64,000 nucleotides of DNA, taken from positions 960,001 through 1,024,000 of the forward strand of contig OY969724.1 of the NCBI GenBank assembly GCA_963702205.1. The letters are read 5' to 3'. The notes beneath the pieces were generated by a model. That model was not told where the DNA came from. It saw only the letters and a program-made list of their open reading frames with translations, and did not search any database. The DNA comes from an uncultured candidate division Zixibacteria bacterium. Its GTDB lineage: Bacteria; Zixibacteria; MSB-5A5; GN15; PGXB01. The translations under genes and the position numbers were made by a program. This document shows positions 21,743 through 31,827 of the stretch, piece after piece; position 1 is the stretch's first letter; each line of letters begins with the position of its first letter.

Positions 21743-22618
21743 CTATCTCTTTTTCTTGTATTTCACGTTTATATAGTGCCGGGACAACTGCTCTTTCAGA
21801 TAATTAAAGGCCGGTTCGACTTCGTCGAAAGTCCGATACAGCTTCAAATCTTCCGGTGAAATCGTACCCCATTTTACCAGTTCATCTATTTTGACGATGT
21901 CTTTCCAGTATTCCGCGCCGTACAAAACTACCGGCATCGGCTTGTTAGTCTTGTGAGTTTGGATGAGCGTCAGCAGTTCGAAGAATTCATCGAGCGTCCC
22001 GAAGCCTCCGGGAAACACCACCAGCGCTTTGCCGAGATAGAAAAACCAGAACTTACGGATAAAAAAGTAGTGGAATTCAAGCGACAGTTCGGGCGATTGA
22101 TATTTATTGGGCTCCTGTTCCATCGGCAGGCTGATGTTCAGCCCCACCGATTTTCCGCCCGCCTTCTTGGCTCCCCGATTGGCCGCTTCCATTATTCCGG
22201 GGCCTCCGCCGGTGCAGATGACAAAACGTTTGTTTTTGGATTCTTCGATTTCGTGAAACCAGCGCGTCAGTTTTTCCGATAATTTCATGGCATCTTCGTA
22301 GTAGCGGGCCATGATCAGACCGCGACGAGCCAGTTCCAGCTCTTGTTTTAGACTTGCCGAGGGACGGTTGGCGTTTTTGACCGCGGCTTCGATATTTTTC
22401 AGCCGTCGCCGTGCTTCCGGCATGGGAAGAGTCCTCGCCGACCCGAAAAAGACGACCGTATTCCATACATTGTGGCGACGAAATCTGTCCAACGGCTCGA
22501 CCATCTCGGCCAATACCCGGATAACCCGTGCCGGCGGGCTGTTCAGGAATTCGTAATTGTTGTAGGCCTTGACCAGTTTGTGCAGGCCCTGTTTGTCATT
22601 ATTATTTTTCGATGGCAT
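21743..22618 (-). CDS. LOG-family nucleotide phosphoribohydrolase
   Basis: [15 protein letters not shown] and PGGFGTLDE motifs. Confidence 0.93.
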   Translation of the reverse strand: MPSKNNNDKQGLHKLVKAYNNYEFLNSPPARVIRVLAEMVEPLDRFRRHNVWNTVVFFGSARTLPMPEARRRLKNIEAAVKNANRPSASLKQELELARRGLIMARYYEDAMKLSEKLTRWFHEIEESKNKRFVICTGGGPGIMEAANRGAKKAGGKSVGLNISLPMEQEPNKYQSPELSLEFHYFFIRKFWFFYLGKALVVFPGGFGTLDEFFELLTLIQTHKTNKPMPVVLYGAEYWKDIVKIDELVKWGTISPEDLKLYRTFDEVEPAFNYLKEQLSRHYINVKYKKKR

Positions 22619-22723
22619 CTATAACCTTTCGTAGTTTCCGTCTCTGTATTTGGTCATAAAGATATGCATTGGCTTTGTGAAATGTAACAAAAAGACGTGG
22701 CGAAGGTTTGAAATATGTTTCAC

Positions 22724-23192
22724 TCAGGTATTTTTTCCCGGCGGTGAATAGACAAGGCCGTGCTCGATATAGAATTTCAAAAGAGTCAGGGCTTCGCCCC
22801 AGCCCGAGGCGCATTCCAAAATCATCGCCCGGCCTTTTTTGGTGTCGCGGTAGCCTTCTTCGGTCAATCTGATCACCGTCCCGCCGTGCGCGGCTGCAAG
22901 ATTGAACGTTATCACCGATGGCCCGCCGCTTTCTGGTGTTCCCCATTGAAAAGCGAATTTATTAGGTCGGTCGGCGATCAGCACTTTGCCCGGCGCCGCC
23001 AGCGAATAAAAATCAGGACCCCAGTCTTTCCAGCGGAATATTATATCGCCGCCGGGACGAGGCTCGAGCTCCATGCCGGTCGTGAAAAATGTGTTCCAGT
23101 CGTCGGCGGAGACGATTGTATCGGTACACTTTCCCGACAGGCGCCTTGATAAAAGTATTCTGCCTGATGCAGCCATCGAATTTCTCGTTCAT
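22724..23192 (-). CDS. SRPBCC/AHSA1-domain protein with an apparent +1 frameshift near 23123
   Basis: Removing one base at GGTAC joins MNEKFDGCIRQNTFIKAPVGKVY (ATG overlapping the tag stop) to DTIVSADDW...; C-terminal GW..L..LK helix. Confidence 0.85.
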
Positions 23193-23779
23193 GGCATTCT
23201 CTTCCTGATATATTTTTGTACTTCCTTGTATCGAAAACAGTCGACCGTATGATCGTTGACCATCCCTACCGCCTGCATGAAGGCATAACAGATGGTCGGC
23301 CCGACAAACTTGAAGCCGCGTTTTTTGAGGTCTTTGCTCATTGTGCGTGCAATCTCGGATTCGGCGGGCACTGCGCTCATAATTTTAAATTTATTGATTA
23401 TCGGGCGGTTGTCGACAAAGGCCCAGATATATTTGGCAAACGATCCGAACTCTTTTTTTACTTCCAGGTAGGCTTTGGCATTGGCGACAATCGCTTCGAT
23501 CTTGAGACGGTTGCGGATTATGCCTGCGTTGTTTATCAGTTTTTCTTTTCGGGCACTTTTGTATCGCGCGATCTTCGCCGCATCGAAATTGTCCAGCGCC
23601 TGGCGGTAGTTCTCGCGCTTGCGCAGAATCGTAATCCAGCTCAGTCCCGCCTGCATTCCTTCGAGAATCAAAAATTCAAACAGTATCCGGTCGTCATATA
23701 CCGGCACGCCCCACTCTTTATCGTGGTAGGCTATATACAGCGGATCGCTCCCCGCCCACCCGCATCTGATCTTTTCCAT
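23189..23779 (-). CDS. tag: DNA-3-methyladenine glycosylase I
   Basis: RCGW, YHDKEWG, QAGLSW and G.VNDH...C motifs. Confidence 0.97.
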   Translation of the reverse strand: MEKIRCGWAGSDPLYIAYHDKEWGVPVYDDRILFEFLILEGMQAGLSWITILRKRENYRQALDNFDAAKIARYKSARKEKLINNAGIIRNRLKIEAIVANAKAYLEVKKEFGSFAKYIWAFVDNRPIINKFKIMSAVPAESEIARTMSKDLKKRGFKFVGPTICYAFMQAVGMVNDHTVDCFRYKEVQKYIRKRMP

Positions 23780-23788
23780 TTGTATTTC

Positions 23789-24535
23789 CTAAAAAACTTT
23801 GGTTCCGGTGACAATCATCATCTGACGGTCGGGCGAAATCGGCTCGTCTTTCAAAGAGCCGGTTCCTTCTATGTTTACGAAGCGCGCCCGCTCGAACATT
23901 GCCAAAATTTCATGATAGGCATAGGCCCTGATGTCGGTTTTGTAGTGGCTTTCCTGCCCATCTTTGATAATAGTCCAGTCTTCGCGCATGGTCGAAGTTT
24001 CGAAATCGAAGGTCCGGTCCTCCATCAAAATCGTGTCACCGACTTTGAACCAGTCGGTCGGGCGGAAATGCCGGACGACAAAATCGCGGTTGACGACGTG
24101 CAGTAAAAACCTCCCGCCCGGTTTTAATGCCTGATGCGCTTTCTTGAGTACCAGAAAATTATCTTCTTCTTTTTCGAAAAATCCGAATGACGTCCAGATA
24201 TTTGCAGCGGCATCGAATTCGTTTTTGAAATTTATCCGCCGCATGTCTTTGCAGATCGTTTTGATCGGGAGCTTTTTGGCCGCCGCCAGTTTGTCCAACT
24301 CATCCAGATAGGCCCTGGTGACATCGACGCCGGTTACTTTTATTCCCAGGCGGGCCATCGGCACCGCTATCCGCCCGACGCCGCAGGGACAATCGAGGAA
24401 TTTATGCCCCGGTTTCAGTTGCAGCCTTTTGATGAAATAGCGCGTCTGGGCATTATTGACCTTGGGAGTGAACATATCGAACGCGGCTCGAAACGGATCA
24501 AAGAAGGTCTCCCACCAGCCTGAATCTTTTTTCAT
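23789..24535 (-). CDS. Class I SAM-dependent methyltransferase
   Basis: LDCPCGVG, GVD, DMR and LKPGG motifs; start at ATG 24535. Confidence 0.9.
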   Translation of the reverse strand: MKKDSGWWETFFDPFRAAFDMFTPKVNNAQTRYFIKRLQLKPGHKFLDCPCGVGRIAVPMARLGIKVTGVDVTRAYLDELDKLAAAKKLPIKTICKDMRRINFKNEFDAAANIWTSFGFFEKEEDNFLVLKKAHQALKPGGRFLLHVVNRDFVVRHFRPTDWFKVGDTILMEDRTFDFETSTMREDWTIIKDGQESHYKTDIRAYAYHEILAMFERARFVNIEGTGSLKDEPISPDRQMMIVTGTKVF

Positions 24536-24653
24536 GTAATCATACTCCGGCAAAATGCAGTTTGAAACTGTCCCAATATACGGAAATCGAGCCGGAATGA
24601 AAAACGATTATTAAAAACGACGGGTCCAATATTTGAAATACATCTGTCGGAAT

Positions 24654-25895
24654 CTATTGAAGCAGGATAATCGGAATGTGCAGTATCGCGAGGATGCCAA
24701 AACGTATAATGGTCGCTTTGCGGGCGTTTTTAGCGAGAAAACCAAAATATATTCCCTTTAAGACGGTGTTGGAAAGCATCGAAACCAGAATGGCCGAAAC
24801 CATCAAAGATTCCACCGAAACCGTCTGGCTGACGACCGACAGAATGAAAGGGTCGATGTCCGAAATACCGATTATCGCCGCCAGCGTAATAACCCCGGCG
24901 TTGCCGTAAAATTTTTGCACCAGTATGGTAGCCACCGAAAGCACCACGAACAACACCGCGAAAACCATCGCCGGGCGAATTTCAAACGGATTTTTCAAAG
25001 TTCCGACATGGGTCTTGCCGTTTTCGGGCTTGGAATGGGTGCGGAAAATCGAGAGAGACAGCCCAATTGCGAATAGAATAACAAGTTTCCACCAGATATC
25101 GTGCAAAAACCCGGGATTGATGAACCATATCAGCACCAGTATACGAATATACATAATACTGCTCGCCAGTATCGACGCCTGAAGTGCATTGGCGCTTTGT
25201 TCGGGTTTGTTCTGGGCGATACGCCCAGCCGCGATGGCCACGGCCGTGCTGGAGACAATTCCGCCGAGGAGTCCCGAAAGCCAGAAGCCGACTTTATCCC
25301 CGAATTTTTTGGTCAGGAAATATCCGGCGAAACCGATCGACGACACCAGCACTACGATTTGCCAGATTTTGCGCGGGTTAAGATTGAACTGGGTGTAGGC
25401 CTGATTGGGCAAAACCGGTAGAATTATCAGTGTCACCAGCAGGAATTTAACCACCGCGAGAAATTCGATTTTGTTCAGACGGTCGACATACTGCTCGAAA
25501 CGCGCTTTTTCTGAAAGCAGGAACGTCCCGACAACGCCCAGAGCCAAAGCGAGCCATATGTCAGACAATAAGCACAGCGCGCCGGTGATAAATGTCAGGA
25601 CCGCCGCTACTTCACTGGTCCAGCCGACATGCCCGCCTTTGAGCTTGGCCAGATAGCCGACCACGGCCAGGGCGGTGATTGACAGCAAGCCGATCGGAAG
25701 CATCAACTGAATGCCCGAATTGTACAGCCAGGCGCACCCGAAGCCGTAAACGCCGATCAGCGAATATGTGCGCACCCCGGCATAAGCCCGGCCTTTGTGG
25801 GCCAGCGCCGAGCTTTCACGCTCCAATCCGATTAAAAACGACAGTCCAAGGGCTATCACAAATCGAGCGTGGACCGATATATAAATTTCCTGCAT
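24654..25895 (-). CDS. MgtC/SapB + DUF4010 membrane protein
   Basis: IGLERE..AGVRTY and GGIVSSTA motifs. Confidence 0.9.
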   Translation of the reverse strand: MQEIYISVHARFVIALGLSFLIGLERESSALAHKGRAYAGVRTYSLIGVYGFGCAWLYNSGIQLMLPIGLLSITALAVVGYLAKLKGGHVGWTSEVAAVLTFITGALCLLSDIWLALALGVVGTFLLSEKARFEQYVDRLNKIEFLAVVKFLLVTLIILPVLPNQAYTQFNLNPRKIWQIVVLVSSIGFAGYFLTKKFGDKVGFWLSGLLGGIVSSTAVAIAAGRIAQNKPEQSANALQASILASSIMYIRILVLIWFINPGFLHDIWWKLVILFAIGLSLSIFRTHSKPENGKTHVGTLKNPFEIRPAMVFAVLFVVLSVATILVQKFYGNAGVITLAAIIGISDIDPFILSVVSQTVSVESLMVSAILVSMLSNTVLKGIYFGFLAKNARKATIIRFGILAILHIPIILLQ

Positions 25896-26038
25896 AAAAT
25901 TCTCGCTGCGCCGTCCGGTTTATCTTCTATATACTAAAACCATAAATTACACAAAATGGACTGTCAATATATTATATATCGCCTGCCTTGGTACTTTTTT
26001 GAATCCGGGACGGCTCCAATATCCGAAAAGATCGCATA

Positions 26039-26455
26039 TTAATAGGCCAGAACTCGGCAGCAATCCAGCACCAGACCGTATTCCGGCTGGATTTTGACCA
26101 TACGGCCGCTGACCGTAATGTCCTGCTGGGGGCCAAGGACGACCTGATCCAGAGTGGTAAAATCCAGCAAGTTACATTTGACAACGCCTTCCTCCCCACA
26201 GGAATACCCGGCCAGCCACACCTCGGTGGGATGGTCCCCGCCAATTACCTGGCAAATGGTACCGGTGACCTCGAGAAGCTGACCATCGTATATTTTAAAG
26301 GCTTCAGAGCGGTTAGTCTCGAAAGCCCGGAATAATTCAGGCGCCGTTAATGCCATATCCGGTTTCTCTTCCTGCGGAAGGTGCACTTTCAGGCCCCAGC
26401 GTATCATTGCTAAAACGAGAATAATAAAAGCGATTTTGACGAAAAACCGATTCAC
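26039..26455 (-). CDS. OB-fold (tRNA_anti-like) membrane-anchored protein
   Basis: N-terminal TM; TA.EL...F..N..A...Y.G..LEVTG.I pattern. Confidence 0.7.
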   Translation of the reverse strand: MNRFFVKIAFIILVLAMIRWGLKVHLPQEEKPDMALTAPELFRAFETNRSEAFKIYDGQLLEVTGTICQVIGGDHPTEVWLAGYSCGEEGVVKCNLLDFTTLDQVVLGPQQDITVSGRMVKIQPEYGLVLDCCRVLAY

Positions 26456-26599
26456 GAAGTCCCCATGAAGTCATTAAACCAAATCATGCTTATTTGCAAT
26501 TATCGACACACCGGCAAATCCATTTAACCGGCCCAAAAGCAGGGTATTAAAACTCTCGAAATGTTTGTTTAAGACTTAAAGTCGATGTATCTTGGCCTT

Positions 26600-28775
26600 A
26601 TGAGTCAGCCAGACAAGATTTACAAAAATCCCATATTTGTCATCCTGTTGCTGGGCCTCGGTACTACGGGTCGCATTTTTGATCTCTTATTACGGCTCGC
26701 CGGACTGGGCGAGGCTGGTGGTCGACGCCGACTTTCACCATCGCTGGGCGATGGCCATCTCCGGGGGCGACATAATCGGCCACGATGTTTTTATCCGGGG
26801 GCCGCTCTATGTTTATCTTCTCGGCGCGGTCTATTTTGTTTTTGGCCCGTCGCTTTTGGCGGCGAGAATATTGGGGATGATTATCGGGCTGACTTCCGTC
26901 TGGCTGACATATCGGATAGCTTATGGACTGTGCGGTCAGAAAGCCGCGCTTTGGGCGGCGATGCTCCACACATTATATCCCGTAATGATATATTTCGAAA
27001 GTGAGCTGCTGGTCGAACCGCTGTTCCTGCTTTTGATGGAATGTTCTATTCTCTATTATCTGAAGGCGCTCGAAAGCTTCAAGATAAAGCCTCTGATTTT
27101 AACCGGTGTTTTTATCGGACTGGCCACTATCGCCCGGCCGATCATTCTTGGCCTGGTACCGCTGTACCTGATCTGGTTGTTTGTTTCGAATTCAAATCGA
27201 CGCGACGACGTCAAGGCGGCGGCGACCATTGTAATTTCTATGATTGTGGTCATCGTGCCGGTATCGATTCGAAATCTGGCCGTCTCCGGTCAGTGGACGA
27301 CCGTTGCAGCATCAGGCGGCATCAATCTGTATATCGGCAACAACCCGCAGGCCGACGGCATATCGGCGGTCTTTCCGGGCATTGGCAGCAACTGGGAGAT
27401 GAAAGACGTCCGGCAACTGGCCGAGACACAAGCCGGGCAGGATATGACGACGGCCGAGGTGTCTTCATATTTCGGATCGAAAGCCGAGAACTGGATATTG
27501 AAACATCCGCTGACATTTGCGGGGCTGTACTTCAAGAAATTATACTTCTGTTTTACTAACCGAGAAATTTCCAACAACCGGTATATAAAGCCGTTTCTGA
27601 ATCAGTTTTATATTTTTAAGTACAATCCGGCTTCGTTCGGGATCATTTTCTTTTTGGCGGTCGTGGGTGTTGTTTCTTTTGTTAAGGACCGCAGGTTTAA
27701 CAGGAATTTGCTTTTTATAGGTTTGTTTATTCTCGGTTACTTCCTGCTTATTTCGCTGTTTTTTGTCAACGCCCGGTTTCGCCTGCCGGTCATACCTTTA
27801 ATTATGATTTTCTCCGGTGCGGGAATATCTTTCGCGGTTACGACTATAATCGAAAAGGGCAATTATAATGGTCTGCTCTGGCTGGTGCCGGTCGCGGTGA
27901 CGGTCGGATTGATATCGTACACGTCGTTTTTTGAAGTTACTTTATCCGAAGATATCGCCGTGCGGTTCCGTCGCGCCAATTATTATCTTCATTCCGGTAA
28001 GTACAGCGAAGCGGCTCAGGAGTACAGAGGTGTTTTGAAAAGTCAACCCGATTATCCCGGAGCTAATCTTAACCTGGGTATTTTGTACCATAAAATCGGT
28101 CAGGTCGATTCGGCTATGAGTTTCATAAACAAGGAACTGTCTTTTCATCCCGATAATACCGAAGCCTATATCAATTTGGCCAACATTGCTTTGGTCCGCA
28201 GAGATTTTACCGGCGCGGAACGGGACTGCCATAAAGCCCTGTCGTTGGACAGCACCAATCAGGACGCCTATGCCGCCTATATCACCGCTCTGGCCGCGCA
28301 AAACGACAGTCTGGGTTTGAAAAACCTCCTGCCCAAGATAGAAAAAAACGTCACCGACAAGCAAACCGTCTATTACGAAATCGGTCTGGCGTATTCGGGA
28401 TGGGGTTTGTATGATGAAGCTGCGGATTATTTATCAAAATCTTTCGCAAATCCAAACGAGCCGATAGAAAAGCAGGACTGGACCGATGAGGACTGGAAAG
28501 AAAGAGAGGCGATGAAAAACGGGATGCGGGCCAGGGCAGGAAGTGAACTTGGGTATCTGTATGGTATGAAAAATATGTTCGATTCCTCAATATATTACAG
28601 CTCGCAGGCGCTCGCTCTGGATTCGAACATTGTGAAAGCCTATGCCAATCTTATTGCAGCGTATATGGGGAAAGGCGACCGGGCCGACGCCTATAATGTT
28701 GTCGGGCTGGCGCGCGTGAGATTCCCGGTTAATCAGATGTTTATCGATATGGAAAGACGGCTCCATGGAAATTAA
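26600..28775 (+). CDS. GT-C (PMT/ArnT-like) glycosyltransferase with C-terminal TPR repeats; apparent +1 frameshift near 26660
   Basis: PLY..LL, E..F, GGINLYIGNNP.ADG and RFRLP motifs plus TPRs; removing one G gives MSQPDKIYKNPIFVILLLGLVLRVAF. Confidence 0.88.
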
Positions 28776-28800
28776 ACCATACAAAATGCCCCCCATTTTA

Positions 28801-28951
28801 GGCCTGTTGAAAGAGGTGCACGGATGGTGCAAGAAGTAGGTCGGGTTCCGAGTGGAGCGTAACGTAACGAGAAACCCGACAACAAGATGTCGGCTTTCTC
28901 TCCTGACTCCGTCAGGATTCGGAAGCCGACCTACTGTTTTTTCAACAAGCC
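28801..28951. mobile_element. 151-bp MITE-like element containing an inverted REP pair
   Basis: TIR GGCCTGTTGAAA / TTTCAACAAGCC (11/12); flanking direct repeat ATTTTA at 28795-28800 and 28952-28957. Confidence 0.75.
28836..28934. repeat. Inverted doublet of GTAG-type REP palindromes (REPIN-like)
   Basis: GTAGGTCGGGTTCCGA..GAGAAACCCGACA (+) and GTAGGTCGGCTTCCGA..GAGAAAGCCGACA (-). Confidence 0.8.
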
Positions 28952-29050
28952 ATTTTACGTGGACGGCAGATGTCCGCACCCGCCCATCTTCTTTGCTTAT
29001 TTCATCGCTCGGGCACTTGTGGACAAGTGCCGCGCACAATCTGCCCCGTT

Positions 29051-30373
29051 CTACATTTTCCCGACCACTGATGTATACCGCCGATTGTCGTTAAACTGAG
29101 ACTTGATGTAGGTATTCAAGTCTTCCAGCCTGATATCATCGGTCATGTTGATCATATCGAGCACGAACCGGTAACCATAGCCGACGTATTCATAGTATGC
29201 CATGTTATTGGCGCGGTTGTTCTTTTTGTCTATGGAATAGATCAGGTTGTTGTTCATGTTCGTGACGGCGTCGGTCAGTTCATCCGCCAGAACCCCGTCG
29301 CTGACCAGCGCGGCCCACTCCCGGTTCAGTGAACTCAAAGCCGTTTTGACTTTCGCGGTATCGGTCCCGATGGCGGCCAGAAACGCGGCGTCGTACTTAT
29401 CGACGGCATACTGGGTATAAACCGCATACGCCAGCTTTTCGGTCTGTCTCAGATACCACAGGCGGGAGCCGACGTTATTGCCCATGATTTCATTCAACAG
29501 CCGTAAGTACGCCACCTCGATCGGCCGGGGCTTATCCAGCATGTTGCCGGTGTAAATAAACGATTGATTGCGATCGTACTTGATGAAACCATTTTTATCG
29601 GCCTGAAGCTGGAGATCGGGCTTAGGCACATCGCGGGCGGTCGCCCCGATTTTTCCCAGGGTCTTTTCGACAACCGGCAGAAGTTCTTCGGGTGTCTTAT
29701 CCGAAGCCAGCGAGAAAATCAGGTTGGGACCGCCGATGTACTGCTGGTACTGCGTCCTTATATTATCGGCGCTGATTTTCGCGATCGATTCGGCGGTGCC
29801 GATAAGCGGCAGCCCGTAGCCCTTGTCACCGTAAACCGTTTTCCAGAAAAGCTTGTACGACGCCTGCGACTGGCTGTCATCGAGAGATTTTATATTTCCG
29901 TCGACTTCGCTTTTGAGTTTATCCAGTTCTTCTTCGGGAAAAGTCGGTGACATAAGCGACGTGGCTATGATGTCCAGCACTTCCTCGAAGTACTCCGACA
30001 GGACCGTCCCCGATATGGTACTGTAATCACGAAAACAGTCCATCGATATATTGGCTCCGAGAAAATCGAGGCTGTCCGTTATTTGCGCCGCCGTCATCCG
30101 GTCGTTGCCTTTCAGCAGCATGCGGGTCATCAGGTTGGTGATGCCGTTGTTCTCGGCCGTTTCGGCCAGAACGCCCCCGGCGATCAACAGGCGGAACGAC
30201 GTCAGCGGCGTCGAGGTGTCGTGGTTGACCAGGACAGTTGCGCCGTTATCCAGCATGGTCTTGCCGTAGCCGTCGGCGTCCAGAGTAATCTTCTGGGCAG
30301 TCTTCTGGGCGCAGCCGACAAACAGCACGGCGGTCAACAGCATCGGGAATGTTAATGCAAATATTTTTTTCAT
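29051..30373 (-). CDS. M16 peptidase, non-catalytic subunit (lipoprotein)
   Basis: M16 fold; HxxEH replaced by NLMTR; R/Y pair in LRQTEKLAY; lipobox FVGC. Confidence 0.9.
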   Translation of the reverse strand: MKKIFALTFPMLLTAVLFVGCAQKTAQKITLDADGYGKTMLDNGATVLVNHDTSTPLTSFRLLIAGGVLAETAENNGITNLMTRMLLKGNDRMTAAQITDSLDFLGANISMDCFRDYSTISGTVLSEYFEEVLDIIATSLMSPTFPEEELDKLKSEVDGNIKSLDDSQSQASYKLFWKTVYGDKGYGLPLIGTAESIAKISADNIRTQYQQYIGGPNLIFSLASDKTPEELLPVVEKTLGKIGATARDVPKPDLQLQADKNGFIKYDRNQSFIYTGNMLDKPRPIEVAYLRLLNEIMGNNVGSRLWYLRQTEKLAYAVYTQYAVDKYDAAFLAAIGTDTAKVKTALSSLNREWAALVSDGVLADELTDAVTNMNNNLIYSIDKKNNRANNMAYYEYVGYGYRFVLDMINMTDDIRLEDLNTYIKSQFNDNRRYTSVVGKM

Positions 30374-31665
30374 TGTGGCACCACCGTAGTTTTGACGTAT
30401 GAATCGGTGTTCAGATATTTCTTCGCGGCTTCGTTAAGTTGTGCCAGCGTTACTTTCTCTATATTGGCCGCGTACTTATCGACAAAGGTATAATCGCCGT
30501 AGGCGGCGTCCTGTGCGTAACTGTCGGCGCGGTCGAGTCCGCGTTCCAGCGAGCCGTAATAGCCCGTCTCGATCTGGTTTTTGGCTTTGCGCAGTTCTTC
30601 CTCGGTAAAACCGTTTTGCCGGGCGTCCTTGAGAACCTCGACAATGGCTTTCTCGACCTGTGGGATTTTGTCCGGATCCATCGTGGCACTGGCGTAAAGC
30701 GTGCCCTCATACTTGCGGGTATTGAATGAAAACCCGGTACTGTAGACGATTCCCATTTCGTCCCGGAGCTTTTTCCACAGACGGCTCGACTCACCGTTGC
30801 CGAGCACGGTGGCCATGATGTCCAGCGGAAACTGATCGGGGCTGTCGAACTTGGGTCCCACTTCGGCCATAATCAGGTAGGCCTGATTGACGTCCTTGGC
30901 GATCTTAATCGGTTGGACCTTTTTATAAACCGGCGGCTCGGCGTACATATCCTGCGGGGTCGAACCTTTGGGGATCCCATCGAAATATTTCTTAACCAGT
31001 TCCAGAGTTTTTTGCGGGTCGACGTCGCCGATGATCACCATCGTCATATTATTGGGGGCATAATAGCGTTTGTAGTAGGCATAAACCGAATCGCGGGGAA
31101 TGTTCAAAACGTTCTTCGGCGTTCCGAGGACATTTTTGGAATATGGATGCTTGCCGTAGAGCGTACTGAGGGTGGCGCGGTACGCTTTGCCGAACGGATT
31201 GTCCTCGGTGATATTGATTTCCTCGCACACCGCCTGACGCTCTTTGTCCATCTCCGCCTTGGGGAAATTAGAGTGGAAGAGCATGTCGGCGTGAATTTGC
31301 AGGGCAAAATCAAGATATTCTTTCGGCAATGAAATTACGAAATCGGTCCAGTCCGACGACGTATATCCGTTAAAATAGGCACCGTGCTTTTTCATGGCGT
31401 TGCCGACTTCATCACCGGTCATCTTGTCGGTCCCCCGAAACAGGATCAGATGTTCCAGAAGGTGTGTGGCGCCGTCGAAATAGTCGGTTTCGTTTTTCGC
31501 GCCGACCTTTACGGTCGTCGAAATGTTGACCTGCGGGACCTGATGATTTTCCTGTATAATGACTTTCAACCCGTTGTCGAGCTGGGTTACCTGAAGGTCC
31601 GAGGCGGGAGCCACCGTCGGCAAAAGAACCGCCAGCAGGCAGAGAAGCTTAAGTACAGAACGCAT
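30370..31665 (-). CDS. M16B zinc peptidase, catalytic subunit (secreted)
   Basis: HLLEH, NGYT, EE and YYAPNNM motifs; signal peptide. Confidence 0.95.
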   Translation of the reverse strand: MRSVLKLLCLLAVLLPTVAPASDLQVTQLDNGLKVIIQENHQVPQVNISTTVKVGAKNETDYFDGATHLLEHLILFRGTDKMTGDEVGNAMKKHGAYFNGYTSSDWTDFVISLPKEYLDFALQIHADMLFHSNFPKAEMDKERQAVCEEINITEDNPFGKAYRATLSTLYGKHPYSKNVLGTPKNVLNIPRDSVYAYYKRYYAPNNMTMVIIGDVDPQKTLELVKKYFDGIPKGSTPQDMYAEPPVYKKVQPIKIAKDVNQAYLIMAEVGPKFDSPDQFPLDIMATVLGNGESSRLWKKLRDEMGIVYSTGFSFNTRKYEGTLYASATMDPDKIPQVEKAIVEVLKDARQNGFTEEELRKAKNQIETGYYGSLERGLDRADSYAQDAAYGDYTFVDKYAANIEKVTLAQLNEAAKKYLNTDSYVKTTVVPQ

Positions 31666-31827
31666 TTCCGTTCCTCCTTTTTAAATATTTTGAAATTTAT
31701 ATATCGCCAATATATGCAGGAATATACGTAAATTTGCGCGGCGGTGTTCAAAAATCATTGAACAACCGCCAATTTGGGCCGTCAGTCGAATAAAGTATAA
31801 TTGAGTATCTATACGGGAGGCGATGCA

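Noticed and set aside
28836..28934. Possible mini-CRISPR
   Set aside because: The two units are inverted rather than direct repeats, with no spacer series and no cas genes
28587..29099. Short ORFs (150, 80 and 70 aa) spanning the intergenic repeat
   Set aside because: They have no recognisable motifs and are explained by the MITE/REP sequence
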